DNA of 64,000 nt from Neocallimastix sp. 'constans' (lineage: Eukaryota): positions 434,001 to 498,000 of the forward strand of contig JBODTK010000120.1 of the NCBI GenBank assembly GCA_050613775.1. Reading direction: 5' to 3'. A program made the position numbers and the translations under genes. Under the pieces are notes generated by a model that made no database searches, was not told the origin of the DNA, and saw only the letters and a program-made list of their open reading frames with translations. Each line of letters begins with the position of its first letter. Position 1 is the first letter of the stretch. Below, piece after piece: positions 1 through 13,800 of the stretch.

Positions 1-37
1 AATTATATTTTTAGCTTTGTATAGAAATATTTTATGC

Positions 38-280
38 TATGGGTAGAAGCTTAAGCATTTCAATATCATTGCTTCTCAAGATGTTATTGACTTCATTATA
101 AATGTTTTTAGTAGAAATGGATTACCATAAATAATTAATAAGAATGATGCTACTTAATTGAAGAGTGATTTCACCAAAATAATTTTTTAGATCTTTATTG
201 GAGGTATATTATTCACTTTGTTTTTCCCTTACCACCCTCCATCTAATGGATTATAGTTGAAAATAGAAATAGAGAAATTA
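38..280 (+). pseudogene. Degenerate LTR-retrotransposon (gypsy-like) integrase core fragment
   Basis: Frameshifted and stop-interrupted translation gives WVEA*..IASQDVIDFIINVFSRNGLP*II..YHPPSNGL/VENRNREI. This matches the rve integrase motifs WVEA, F.RFG.P and YHPQSNG.VER.N. Confidence 0.7.
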
Positions 281-1277
281 ACAATTGAACAATTGAACAA
301 CTGATAGAAGAATCATTATTAAAAAAAACCCTAAAAGAAAGTATAGAAAAGGCTCATGAATACAAAAATTGTCAATAAAGTAAAAAAAAAAAATAAAATC
401 AAAATGTTTCAAAAACATAAATAATAGGACCCTAACTATATTGAACAATACATCATGAAAAAAAAAAATTAGCTAGGAATACAATTAAATTATAAGAAGA
501 TAAAATTAGAATTATATTAAAGAGGTATATCCACATCAAAAAAAAAAAAAAAAAAAAAAAACATTCTACTTCATTCAGAATAGAAAAGAATAACACTAAA
601 ATATACAAAAATATACCAATTAAATTTTTTATATTCGAAGTGAATGCTTGAAATTGATACACAAATAATTAAATAAGTTTATATTTATATACTAAAAATA
701 AAAAAAATCGATTTATTACTATAAAATTAATATTTATTATTATTTTCAACATTTCGAAATTGAAATTTCAACATTTCAAAATTAAATTTAAATTTCGGAA
801 TCTATTTTTTATAAAAAAAAATATATATATATATATATATACATATGATCAAATTATATACATTCAAATTACAATACTTTATACATTTTTCAGTATAAAA
901 ATCAATATGTGTAACAATATATTTAATAATTAATTATTAAATAATGAATTGATTATCATTCTGTCAATAATTTTTACAAAATATTATTAATTACTATATA
1001 TATTATAAGTACCATTGTAGTATATATTAAATATTCTTATTATATATAACTCTAACTTTAATAATCTTAGTTTATCTTATTAAATATATTATTATTATTT
1101 TTTTTTATACATATAATTATGGATTTTATATTATATAATTTAAAATCAAAGAAAACTATAAATTTAAATTTTATGTACTATTAATTTTTTTTTTTTTTTT
1201 AAAAAAAATTAATAGTATATAAAATATTTTCCTTATAATAATAACCAATTTTTAATGTAAATATTTTTTTAAAAATT

Positions 1278-1324
<47 letters not shown>

Positions 1325-1593
1325 TTATTATTGGAAAGATAATAGTATTATTAATAAAATATAACTCTACCAGTAAAAAAATTTATAACCCCTCACATCA
1401 TATATAACATTGGATGACCGACACATGTTCTTTTATTTTTTTTTTTTTTTTTTATTAAACTTCTTTAATCTTTATAATATTTAATCCATGGATTTTAAGA
1501 GGAAAATAGTTTAATATGCTATTAATTTTTTTTTTTTTAAAAAAAAAAAAAATTTTAAAATTTATAGTTTTCTTTAGTTTATTTTTATTTTTT

Positions 1594-1636
<43 letters not shown>

Positions 1637-2053
1637 CCTTATATGATATTACATTAAATTTTAAAACATATATATATATATATATATATAAAATAGTAAA
1701 TATATATATATATTGAATAATATTAAGTAACTGATTACTTCTACCGGAAAAATATATAAATAAAAATATGTTAAGAAATAGCATTATTATATATGTATTT
1801 ATCAAAATTATATATTCTTTTAATTATATTATTTAAGCTTTTGATAAAAATAATTTACTCAATTAGTTTTTTTTCAGCTAATGGTAAAAAAAAAAAAAAA
1901 AAAAAGTAATGCAATAAGAAACTAAAAAAAAGTATATCCATTTGATATACTAAACAAATATGATAAATATATAAAAAAAATATATAAAAATAAATATATA
2001 TATATATAATTATATTTAAAACTAGAATTATTATTATAATTATATTGATGTAT

Positions 2054-2094
<41 letters not shown>

Positions 2095-2190
2095 TTGAAT
2101 ATTTATAAAATATTCATTAATATTTTTTTTTTTTTTTCACTTGAGTTTTTTTTTTTTTTTTTTGTACAGATTAATCGTTGACAAAAAAAA

Positions 2191-2329
2191 ATGATATTGA
2201 CAATACTTTTATTAATATACCCACTGCTTTTCTATCATCTTGGTATGAAATAAAATTTTATTTAATAATCCCAAAATAATTTTGGTGAAAATCCAAAAAA
2301 AAAAAAAAAAAAAAAAAATAACAATTATA

Positions 2330-2402
<73 letters not shown>

Positions 2403-2406
2403 TAAA

Positions 2407-2447
<41 letters not shown>

Positions 2448-5435
2448 TAATGATAATAATAAAAATAATGATGATAATATTAATAATGATTTTATTTAAA
2501 TTAAATAATTAAATTTTATATACAGGAAATACAATAACAATTAATGTTTTAGTACAATCTGAAGAACGAATTCATTCATTATTAACCAAGGATTTTAATA
2601 AGTTTTCAAAAGAAAATGGATTAAATATTACATTACATTTAAATCTTTTAACTCCACAAAATATGTCATATACTGTAAATAATTATCAATCAATGATCGA
2701 AAATCTTCTTTACAAAAAATCTAAAAAATATGATTTAATTGTTTTTGATAATATTTATTCCAAAAAATTTGAATCCTATTTTTTAGATTTAAAAGATCTA
2801 TTACCTCAAGAACACTTAGATCTCTATTCAGAAGGCATTGCAGCTCAAACATGCATCTTTAATAATAAATGGGTTGCTCTTGTAATTTTTTTTTTTTTTT
2901 TTTTTTTTGAATCTATATCTATTTTCTATATTTATTTTTCTATATTTATTACCTTTCAAACTATATATTTTTATTATGTTAAAATATATAATTTTGAATA
3001 TATTACATTTTTTTTTAAAATTATATATATATATTAATAAAATTACAATAAAAAAATTGTTTAATTATAATATATATTGATAATATTTTTTTTTATTCTT
3101 ATATATATATATATATATATTATTATTATTATTATTATTATTATTAAATTTTATTTATAATAGCCAGTTACACCGTTATATAGCGTTTTATATTCAAATA
3201 TGAATTATTTAAATAAATATAAAAAAAATATACCAAAGACATGGGATGAATTAATGGAAACTAGTAAATATATTATTAACGAAGAAAAAAGACTTAATAA
3301 TACTAGTATAGTAGGATACAATGGAGGATTTCATAGTAATTTATTAAAATAAATATATTATTATAAATATATATATATATATAAAATTAAATGAAATGAA
3401 ATGAAATAAATAAATAAATAAAAAAAAAAATTTAAACAATTTATAATTATTTATATCTAAACTTTTTATTTTAAAAATTAATATATAAAATATTTTTATC
3501 AAATTAAATATTAATATATTAATATATTTATGTTAATAATTCTTAAAAAAAAAAAACTTTTTTTTATAGATATTGAATTTGGTACTTGTTCTTTATATGA
3601 ATTTATATATTCATGTCGAGATTCGTATGAATCTCCATTTCCAGATTTATTAAGCAATACAACAATTAACGCCTTACATCAATTAAAAAAAATTAAAAAT
3701 GAAATTTCATCAGGTATAAAAAAAAAAAAAAAATTAACATTATTTATATATATAAATCAATTATTTTATAATTTTTATAAATATATTCATAATATAATTT
3801 TTTTTTCATTATAATATTACGATCAATATTATTTTTAAAATAACTAATAAATATTATTATATTACTTTTATAATTTATTATTATTATTATGATAATGATG
3901 ATGATGATGATGATGATGATTTTTAAATATTATATAATTAATGTATATTAGATGATTATTTTCGTTATACGAATAATGAAGTTCTATCATTATTAAATGA
4001 AGGAAATTTTGTTTTCATAAAATTTTGGGATCTTTATGATTTTCCGAATTATAAAAAAACGGCTCTGCCAGGAATAAAACCTGGACTTTCAGGAACGGTG
4101 ATAGGAGGAAATAATATCGGCATTGTAAAACATATATCAGAGGAAAGAAAAAAAATATCACTTCAAGTACTTTCCTATATTACCTCAAGGGATGTTCACA
4201 AGAAATTTGTTATGGAAAAAGTAATATTTTCATCCATCCCAAGTTTTTATTACGATGATGAAGTTTGTTCTGTTTTAGATTGTGAATTCTACAGAGGTTT
4301 TCAACCTATTGCACGACCGACATGGATGATAGAAAAGAATGAATGGAATGTCTATTCTTTGAAATTTAGAACTTATATCTATGAATTTTTGTATGGTAAT
4401 AAGACGGCAGAGGAATCCCTACGAAAAGTAGTCAATATATTAAAAGTTCATAGTATCTCATTTATAACTGATGATAATGATAATAACCTGGGGAAAATTA
4501 TATTTATAATACTGTCAGTTATTTTTTGTATAATTATCTTTTCTTTGATCATTCCACGAATCAAACTATTTAGCATGTATTTTAAAATATTTTCGTATGA
4601 TTTTTGGATTATTCATTTAGTGGGATCCATTATACTATTATTCCTTTGTCTCATGGAATTTGGTGAAATCACATCAATTAAATGCAAGGTGAAACAAGCG
4701 GTATTACTTCTTGGAAATTCTTTAAACTTATTTCCTTTCATTTATGAACTTTTTATATATTTCCCGGAAGATATTAAAGAATCAGAATATTTTAATCATC
4801 ATCGTTTCTTAATTATATCAATTTACAATTTTACGAATATTGTCTTAATAATATTGTCATTCTTTGTTCCAATAAGTGCTTATGAACTATATGACCCTGA
4901 TGACAGGAAATTTAAAACTTGTAGAATAAACAGTACTCAAGGAATTGTTATGAAGGAAAGCATTTACATTATTAATATTTTAAATATGCTTATAATGTTA
5001 TTTATTATATTTAAGGAATGGAATATTCAGGAAACATTTGTTGAAATAAAGTTATTGGCATCATCTATTTATACAGAGGTTCTTCTCTATATCATGATCC
5101 TCATATTTGATTATATTAAAATTAATCAATATACCACCTATTTTATAATCTATGAAAGTATATATATAACATTCATATTATCAAATTATATATGCTTATT
5201 TTATTCGCATATAGTACTAGCCCTACTCAATAGAAATAAGAATAATGAATCAGTATTCTTTATTGATGGTTGTGGGGATGAAATAAAAAATGGTTCCACT
5301 TCATATAAAAATAATATTATTTTACAATACATATTAAAATATCATAATAAACAACTAAATGAAGAAAAACAAAACGAAAGTATAACTACATCCAAAATAG
5401 CACAAAATATTACATCTAATATCTCTATATTTTAA
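2191..5435 (+). CDS. Class C-like GPCR with an N-terminal periplasmic/solute-binding-protein domain (5 exons, about 735 aa)
   Basis: Exons 2191-2242, 2526-2881, 3164-3335, 3570-3713 and 3952-5435 have GT..AG introns and sum to 2208 nt in one frame. Features: signal peptide MILTILLLIYPLLFYHLG, SBP-type motifs (YDLIVFDNIY, WVALPV, IPKTWDEL, GGNNIGI) and seven hydrophobic segments in the last exon with extracellular Cys residues (SIKCK, FKTCR). Confidence 0.85.
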
Positions 5436-5554
5436 TAATATTTTTCTAAATTACTATTAAAATTATTAAAATAGAACGATATATGTACTATATATTTATT
5501 TATTTATTTATTAGTTTATATTGAACTTTTGAACCTTTTTTTAAACAATGATAC

Positions 5555-5615
<61 letters not shown>

Positions 5616-6024
5616 TATAATAATAATAATATATCTATTTAAATTTCTTTCATTAAAAAAAAAAATTAAAAGTTTAATTAAAGTATTATCTATTATAATA
5701 TAGATCCACAAACACTTGATTTAATTAACTTTAAGCAAAAAAAAAAAAAAAAAAATAAAAAAATAATAATGTTTTAGAATAATTTTTATTAATTTATTTA
5801 TTATTCTTATTTTTTTTTTTTTTTTTAAATATTAATATTATTTCATTCTATCTTAATATCTAATAAAAAAAATTTTTTTATAGATATTTACTAAATTAAT
5901 CCTTTTAAATACATACTAAACAAAAGTATATATATTTATAATATATAATATATTTTTACTTCATTAAAAAATCCATTCTATTTAATATGAAATTTAATAA
6001 AAAGAATTCTTAAAATATAAAAGA

Positions 6025-6060
<36 letters not shown>

Positions 6061-6113
6061 AAATAAAAGTTTTATATAAATATTAAAAAAAAAAAAAAAA
6101 ACTATATTAGTTT

Positions 6114-6253
6114 TTCAAGACGAAAGGATCAATATCTATAACTCTTTTCTATTTCGTCAATAATAAATTTCATTAAGGATAAAGATTTTCATTTTTATCA
6201 TTTTAATCTAAATTAGAATTTCTTCTTTGCATTATATTTGTTTTTTATCAGTG

Positions 6254-6255
<2 letters not shown>
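6114..6255 (+). repeat. 142-bp direct repeat, copy 1 (left flank of LINE)
   Basis: ttcaagacgaaagg...tttatcagtgaa is repeated at 8874-9015 with 2 mismatches seen by eye. Confidence 0.95.
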
Positions 6256-6299
<44 letters not shown>

Positions 6300-6389
6300 C
6301 TAGGAATAAACTTTATTTAATAATATTTTTTTAAAAAATACATGAAGTTTAAATACATGAAATTTTTTTTTTATATTAATATTAAAAAA

Positions 6390-6998
6390 CTACGTTATGA
6401 GATTCGAGGACGAAATGGCCTCTAACTCTTCCCATTCATCGAAGATAACTCCATGTGGATGAAAATTATCATTCGAATCTGTATCAGAATTTCTTCTTTG
6501 CCTTATCGTTACGACGTCGACGCTCTTGACAACGGTAGGTCTAACACTATACAAATCGATCATGGTGTAAAAATCACCAATCACAATAGGCATAACGTTA
6601 GTAAGGAATTCCGCAAGCCCCACAAAATATGAAATCGGGAAAGAAGACTCGTTCGAAGGTGATTGAAAAATATTATTAATAAATCGCCTTCTTTCCCCCG
6701 AGCCGATCTTTAAGATTTCAAATACTGCATTTCCGCCAAGAAGGAGACACAGCACGTAAAAATTGATATTATCATCAAAATCTTCCTCTTTATCATCATG
6801 AATGTTCAATGATTTCTCATGAACAATTAGAGAAAAATTAATAAAAATTTCATCAACAAAGGGAATGAAATGTTGCCTAAATTCTTCAAATTTAGGACAT
6901 AAAAGTATCCAGTGTGTAAAACTAGGTATGCTGTTACTCTCACCACAACAAGGGCAGTATGTTGGGCAATTTTCTGATACTAGATTACTTTTAACATA
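6390..6998 (-). pseudogene. C-terminal zinc-knuckle region of LINE ORF2, out of frame with the endonuclease
   Basis: The reading frame extends upstream of the 139-aa ORF as YVKSNLVSENCPTYCPCCGESNSIPSFTHWILLCPKFEEFRQH, a LINE CCHC-type motif. Confidence 0.75.
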
Positions 6999-7852
6999 CG
7001 ATTAGACCACTTAATTTGTTTATCCCGAGGGGGAGTAACAAAACCATCAGGAGATATTTTTTTACAAGAAAGAATAAGTGGTAAATGGTCAGAGATGTCA
7101 TTAAAAGAGTAGCATACAGAAGCAATATTCAGATAATTTCTTAATTTATCGTTCACTACTATAAAATCAATACAAGAATTCTTTCCACCATTAGACCAAG
7201 TAAATTGATGACCAACCATATCCATAACAAACCATTGAGGGGAAATTCTAAGAATAAGATCTTTGAGTTGTTGCTTAGTCATGTTGAAATCACCAACAAT
7301 AGCCGAAGGGTTATTCTGATGGTTCTTGAGCCAATTAGCAAAATCAGTTTCCGCTTTTTCTCTAGAGTCTTTGTGTTTTTTGCTAGGGATGTAAATGTTC
7401 CCTAAAGAACATCTGACACCCCAAAAAGAGAATATATTTACTGAGAGTATATATCTATATTCAAAATCATCATTAGTGAATTGGCAGGAGGAGTGCACAC
7501 CTATATAAAGGCCCCTCATACCAGGGATTTTTTTGTCCGCACGTCTCAGTACTGTTCTATAATGATTAAGGAATGGATATGAGTTAGAAAAAGAGTTAAG
7601 GAATGAACTATTACCGACTTCTTGAAGACAAATACAAATAGGATTAAAGATTGAATTAAAATTGGTAAGTCGGTCACGTTTTTCAGAATTCCAACCATTT
7701 ATGTTCCAGCTAATACAGAGGTTGAAATATTTAGTATTCGAGAAAGGGTTAGCATACAGGAGGCTTTCAGAGATGGGGATTGAGGGTTCAGAATAATACC
7801 TGGTTCTATTATGATTAACATTGCTAAATGTGCGTATCCAGTAATCTTCCAT
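6980..7852 (-). CDS. LINE apurinic/apyrimidinic-type endonuclease (truncated ORF2)
   Basis: EEP/APE motifs SWNING, ICLQE, NIYIP, GDFN, FTW..SCIDFI and SDHLP. Confidence 0.88.
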   Translation of the reverse strand: MEDYWIRTFSNVNHNRTRYYSEPSIPISESLLYANPFSNTKYFNLCISWNINGWNSEKRDRLTNFNSIFNPICICLQEVGNSSFLNSFSNSYPFLNHYRTVLRRADKKIPGMRGLYIGVHSSCQFTNDDFEYRYILSVNIFSFWGVRCSLGNIYIPSKKHKDSREKAETDFANWLKNHQNNPSAIVGDFNMTKQQLKDLILRISPQWFVMDMVGHQFTWSNGGKNSCIDFIVVNDKLRNYLNIASVCYSFNDISDHLPLILSCKKISPDGFVTPPRDKQIKWSNRMLKVI

Positions 7853-8130
7853 TTTATTCTTTTAACAGGTAAGTGCTTAGTAATCAAATAAATAACCTTC
7901 AAATAATCCGTATAATTATTATAGTTAACTCTTAGGATGAAGTAGTTTTCCATATTAATATAGTGTTTTTTAACGATTCCATGAACAACTTCATTACAAT
8001 TTGATATCTTTTTGCTTAAAAATTCCCATAGTCTACTTTCAGTCCAAGATTCAAGATCATGAATGAAAATTAAAACAAATTTATCATGGTCAGGACCATA
8101 AAGTCGCAGACCTCTTCGTATAGTTGACAT
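7699..8130 (-). CDS. LINE ORF1-like or N-terminal ORF (143 aa)
   Basis: Normal-complexity ORF inside the element, overlapping the endonuclease ORF by 154 nt in another frame. No motif recognised. Confidence 0.5.
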   Translation of the reverse strand: MSTIRRGLRLYGPDHDKFVLIFIHDLESWTESRLWEFLSKKISNCNEVVHGIVKKHYINMENYFILRVNYNNYTDYLKVIYLITKHLPVKRIKWKITGYAHLAMLIIIEPGIILNPQSPSLKASCMLTLSRILNISTSVLAGT

Positions 8131-8873
8131 AATAAAATAAAAAAACTTATCTATATTAATAAAAAGTAAGTGTAATATAAAAATAAAAAAAATAAAATTA
8201 GTAAAAAATTAAAAAATTAAAAAAAAATAAAAATTTATTGCTGTTGTCTTCTCTTTCGTGTATATTGTTTGCTAAAACTTGTTTGTTTTTCTTTCTTTTT
8301 GTGTTGACTAGTTTTTAATTAATAATTTTCAATTATAAATTCCTGTTTTATGTAAAAATTTCTGTAAAATAATCATATATAATATAAAATTTAAATGTTA
8401 ATGAAATAATAGTTGTGAAAAACTATAAAAAGATTCCCATCCGTTAAATAATGTCTTAAACACAAGCTTTGGAGTGAATCAATCTCCTACATTTCCATTT
8501 TACAATAGCTACATGAAAGTATAAATAATACTATAGAAAAATACATATACAAAATAATGCTAAAGTAAAAAATACAATAGATTCATTACAATGATAATAT
8601 GTAGAAACTACATGATATTAATAATTATACAATTCCAATGTTACTACATATCCAGTTTAAAACAATATAAAACATCAGGTTCACTTTCTACAGTCTTCCA
8701 ATATTCCAGTTTTCACTCTTCGTACTAGAAGCCACTTTAGAAAGGATAACCATCGATTATCATCAGAATCACAGAAAGCTGTAATTAGTACACCTGATAT
8801 AGGTTAATCCTTTTCCATCAACCCTCCATGGACCTGGAAAAACAGTCCACATCATTGGGGTTTATCAGTGAAG

Positions 8874-9015
8874 TTCAAGACGAAAGGATCAATATCTATA
8901 ACTCTTTTCTATTCCGTCAATAATAAATTTCATTAAGGATAAAGATTTTCATTTTTATCATTTTAATCTAAATTAGAATTTCTTCTTTGCCTTATATTTG
9001 TTTTTTATCAGTGAA
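8874..9015 (+). repeat. 142-bp direct repeat, copy 2 (right flank of LINE)
   Basis: Matches 6114-6255 at an offset of 2760 bp. Confidence 0.95.
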
Positions 9016-9050
9016 GCTCTTGACAATTGTTAAGTCCAAATTGATGATAA

Positions 9051-9093
<43 letters not shown>

Positions 9094-9112
9094 ATCCTTA
9101 AAGCTAATTGAT

Positions 9113-9265
9113 TTTTTATTTTATTTTATTTTATTTTATTTTATTTTATTTTATTTTATTTTATTTTATTTTATTTTATTTTATTTTATTTTATTTTATT
9201 TTATTTTATTTTATTTTATTTTATTTTATTTTATTTTATTTTATTTTATTTTATTTTATTTTATT
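9113..9265. repeat. (ATTTT)n microsatellite
   Basis: Direct reading; explains the spurious ORF 9108-9305. Confidence 0.95.
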
Positions 9266-9911
9266 ATTATCATTATTTTTTTTTTTTTTTTTTTTTTTAA
9301 AATGAGTAATAGTAGAAAAATAAAGAAAACGATCTTTTTTTTCTAAAAAATAAAAAAAAAAAAATAAAAAAAAAGAAAAAAAAAATTGAATAAATTCATT
9401 ATTTTATTTAAAATTACATAATACAATATTTCCATTTCCTATGTTTAACAAAACATAACTATATTATTAAATAGTTTTTAAAGACATGTCTTTAAGGAGT
9501 ATTTATAAAAATATATATGATTACAATAAAAAAAAAAAAAAATCACATAATATATATGTATATAAAAAGAAAAAATAAAATACGTAAATAAATAGGTTAA
9601 CACATTAAACCTTAATAAAAAAAATGTATATATATATGTATATTTTTTTTTTTAAGTTTTTGTTTTTGTTCTTTGTTTTTTCTTTTTTATTATTATAAAT
9701 TAATAAATTAATATGATGACTTATTTTGATTTATTATGTCTTTTTATTTTCTAAAAATTTATATATATAAAAAATCAATTCTTTTTATTCATTATATAAA
9801 AAAAATATGTATATACATATATTCAGTATAAATACAACCACTATAATGAGTTTTTATTTTAATTTCTATTTTTATATATATATATATATTTATTAAAATT
9901 ATTTTTATTTC

Positions 9912-9943
<32 letters not shown>

Positions 9944-10277
9944 CTTTTTGTCTATATTATATTTTACACTATATCAAATTATCATATTTTATAAATTATT
10001 TTTATGACTTCATTTATTTAACTTATAGTATTTTGAAATTTGATTAATTATTTAATATAATATATTTTTTTATTTACTTATTTATTCTTTATTAATTTTT
10101 ATATAAAAAAAAAAAAAGGTATATTTATAAATTATATACACTTTTAAAATATGTATAAAAAAAATATTAGTATTTATGATAAATAATAATTAATATAAAA
10201 TTATTTATTGAATAAAATCTATATCTTAATTACTAATTATTTTTCTTTTATGTTGTTGAGATTTCGTTTGTTCATTG

Positions 10278-10321
<44 letters not shown>

Positions 10322-10832
10322 TATTATTATTATTATTTTATTTTTTTTTTATTGTTTATTTTTGTTTTTGTTTTTTGTTTTTTGTTTTTTTCTTTTTTTT
10401 TTTTTATTTATTTTGTTTTCGTTTTGTTTTTAACTTCTTTTATTTTCTATGTTTTTTTTTTTTTTTTTTTTTTTTTTTTGAGTTTAATCATTTAATTGTT
10501 AATTTGCGATAATTTGTTATATCATATATAAGGTTATTTTACTATTTATATATTGAATTTTAAGTCAAACTTATATATATATATAATAATAAAAACTACT
10601 ATTAAGTATACATATATATTTATAAAGTATGTAATAATGAAATTTACTACAATTTATAACTGTAAGTTTTTTTCTTTATATATATATATTTTTTAATTAA
10701 AATTTATAAAATTTTTTTTAATTTATTAAAAAAAAAAATTTTTTCTTCTCTGTCATATTTAAAAATTTATTAACTATATATAATATAAAAAAAGAAATTA
10801 AAACGGTCTTGTCTTGATATTTAATAAAAAAT

Positions 10833-13800
10833 TTAATGATTAGCTTCATATCTTTGTAACTGCTTAATAATAATAAAAATAGAAGATAAATTTCCAAAAT
10901 GAAGATCATATGAAGTAATAACAATGGTAATCTTCATATGATTTTGCATATAATCTAATACTTCATTAAATTTATTAATATTATCTAGTGGTAACAATGA
11001 TCTAAATACATTTCTTCTTGGATTATAATCACTACTACTATATTCAGGAGATAATTTCTTTAATAAATATATATATAAATAATTTATTTTTATTTTAATA
11101 AAATTAATAATTTATTTATTAACTTTTGGTTTCTTAATTATATTTAAAAAAAATAAATATAAAATTAAACTTACTCTAATGATTGCTTCAAAAAGATAAC
11201 TTCTAGACATAGTTTCGACTAGTTCATATTTTGCAAATTTATGAGAATATTCAGGTAATAAGTCCTTAACCCATTGATAATAAAGCTAGAGTTAAAAAAA
11301 TTTTATATAGATAAATGCATATTAATATTATTTATCTTTTTTTTTTTTTTTTTTTATTTTTATACATATTATTATTAATTATATAAATTTATATTTACTT
11401 TTTCCTTTGAACGAATATCGGATGGATATTGAGTGATGGACTTTCTTTTAACCTTTGGGAAATAGGTAATATGATGATATTCTTCATTGATGGTATTATT
11501 ATTACGACTTATAGTTCTTTTTCTATAAGTATTTACTTTCTTTTCTTCAGCAGCAACTATATAATATGATGAAAATTCATTAATTAGAATTCATTAATTA
11601 TTAATTATTAATATTTAATTATTATTATTTATTTATTATTTATTATTTATTATTTATTATTTATTATTTATTATTTATTATTTATTATTTATTATTTATT
11701 ATTTATTATCATTGTTTTTATATATAATAATTACCCTTTCTATTGGCTGATTTTGTCTTTGACTGAATGGTTGTTTTAGGTTGTTTAGTATCCATACGGA
11801 CGTTTTTTGATCTAGTCAAAGGTTTTACTTTTGGACCAGAGGTTTTATTGGATAACTTTGATGTTGTCTTTGTAATAACTGGTTTAGTAATAGACTTTAC
11901 TGTTGATTTTGAAATTGGTTTAGCTACAGATCTAACTTTAGATTTTATAATTGATTTTGTCTTTGGCTTTGAATTAACATTTTTATTAAATTCAGTAAAT
12001 GATAAAGCTACTTCATGCTCAACTGGACGAGTATTAATTACATTTTGCTTTAAGCTAGCTGAAGTAAAAGCCTTAACACAATTACCAGCATTCTTGTCAA
12101 TCTTTACGGATGGAATTAAATTTCTAGTTGGTAAAACTAATGACTTTGAAGTCTTCTTAATAACTCTTTTGGGTTGAATAGTTTCCTTAGAGGTAGAAGT
12201 CTTTTTATCGCTTAATGGATTTTTTACTACAGTCTTTTTAGAAGTTTCTTTCTTAATTGATCTTAATGGTGTTCTATTTATCTTTTTAACTTTCTTTACT
12301 GATTTTTCAATATTTTTATTATTTGTATGAGATTCTTCCATCATTTCTTCAAGTTCCTTAGCAATAGCCTTAAGATCTGAATCAATAACTTCCTCCGATT
12401 CATTTTCAATTGGTTCTACCTTTATATTACTTGGAATTTTATTTTCATGTTCTGAAACTTTTGTATCAATTTCATGTGAATTAACTTTATTATTTTCAAC
12501 TACTTCTTCTGGTTCAGTAATGTTGCTTTCAATCATTTTGAATATTTTCTCTTCATTATTATGATTATCGCCAGTATTGATGACTTCGCATTCTTCTTTC
12601 TCAACAAAGTTCTCTTCAATTTCTTCTTCATCTTCCTCTTGAATAGTTTCTAAAGTAGAGGAACCATCCTCAAGGAATTTCATAGCATCATGGAAAGCAG
12701 AATGACCATCGCAAGAATAAGTTAAATCATTAGTAAATGGTTCATCCATAAAGACATGTTCTTGAATAACAAAACTCTTATTTTCTAAAGCTTCTTCTAT
12801 GGCATTAACAACAATTGAATCTTCCTCTTCAATTACAATATGACCTTCTAAATCATCATCAATAATATTATCATTAATTATTGTTTCGGTTAATTTACGT
12901 TGATCACCTTCACCCTCAATTTCTTCATTATCTTGAATAAATTCAATTGGTTCTTCTTCTCCTTCATCATAATCAGAAAGGAATTCTAACTGTTGTTCTT
13001 TTACTTCTTCATGATCAGAAAGGAATTCTAATGGTTGCTCTTCATCTGTTTCTTCGTTTGAAAGGAATTGTATTAATTCTTTGTCTTCACTTTCACCTTC
13101 TTTCTTAATTCCATTAATTTCTGTTTCCATTGAAATAACTGATTCAGTTGGTATCTCTGAATTTTGAATTTCATTTTCCATCTTAATATTACTTTCAATA
13201 CCAGTAATAAGATTTTTAACAGTACCAATACTTTCATTTAATCCATCTTCACCATCGCTTTCTTTAATAATAGTAGTATTAACACTGGAAGAGAAATCAT
13301 TCATAGCTTGTGAAGATAAATGATTATCCATTACATCTTCAACAAGGTCATTCATTTCTTGTGAAGACAATGATTGTTGTTTGGTCTTATATTTCCATAC
13401 ATGATTTGATTGAGCAGAGGTGTTGAATTGTTCATTATCTTCCATTAATGGTTGGTTAAATTTAGATTGAATAGCAGCAAAATTATTTACAGTTTTTGGG
13501 AGAGAAGGTTGTGGAGAAGATGCGTTTGTTCTATTAAGATTTGAAAATGCGAATTCAGAATTAGATGGTAATGAAACTGATGTAGGAACAAGCTTTGGAG
13601 TGGAATCTGGAGTGATATTAGTGGAAGAGGTAAATGATATATTGGAAAATGAGAAATTAGAAGATTGTCCCCTCTGAAAAGAAACATCATTTTCATTTTC
13701 TAATCCCATTGAATTAAACTTTTTAATATTTTTATTTACAATATCTTTGGTTATTGAGAGTTCGTCTTTAATGAATGAGAACGAAGAATTCATGGAATCA

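Larger units (their letters stand above)
6256..8873 (-). mobile_element. Non-LTR retrotransposon (APE-type LINE), internally deleted and lacking RT
   Basis: Poly(A) tail (41 T on + at 6256-6296), APE endonuclease ORF, C-terminal CxxC..H..C zinc motif, short upstream ORF and flanking direct repeats. Confidence 0.88.

Noticed and set aside
453..1805. Short hydrophobic or poly-Lys/Phe ORFs here and throughout (e.g. 9108, 10208, 21123, 27079, 27652, 33713, 40602, 40945, 41244, 49128, 54844)
   Set aside because: They are translations of homopolymers and micro/minisatellites; AT-rich repeats lack stops in some frames.
8700..8800. CTGATGA on the - strand in the LINE 5' region as a possible hammerhead ribozyme
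   Set aside because: No GAAA follows the candidate stem II and no flanking stems could be built by eye. An Infernal scan would be needed to exclude other ribozymes.
11767..13696. ORFs antisense to or nested in large genes (11767-12177, 13487-13696; also 7205, 29267, 29920, 30480, 31137, 31391, 31811, 39076, 57750, 58620)
   Set aside because: They are shadow frames of real coding sequence on the opposite strand or in another frame.
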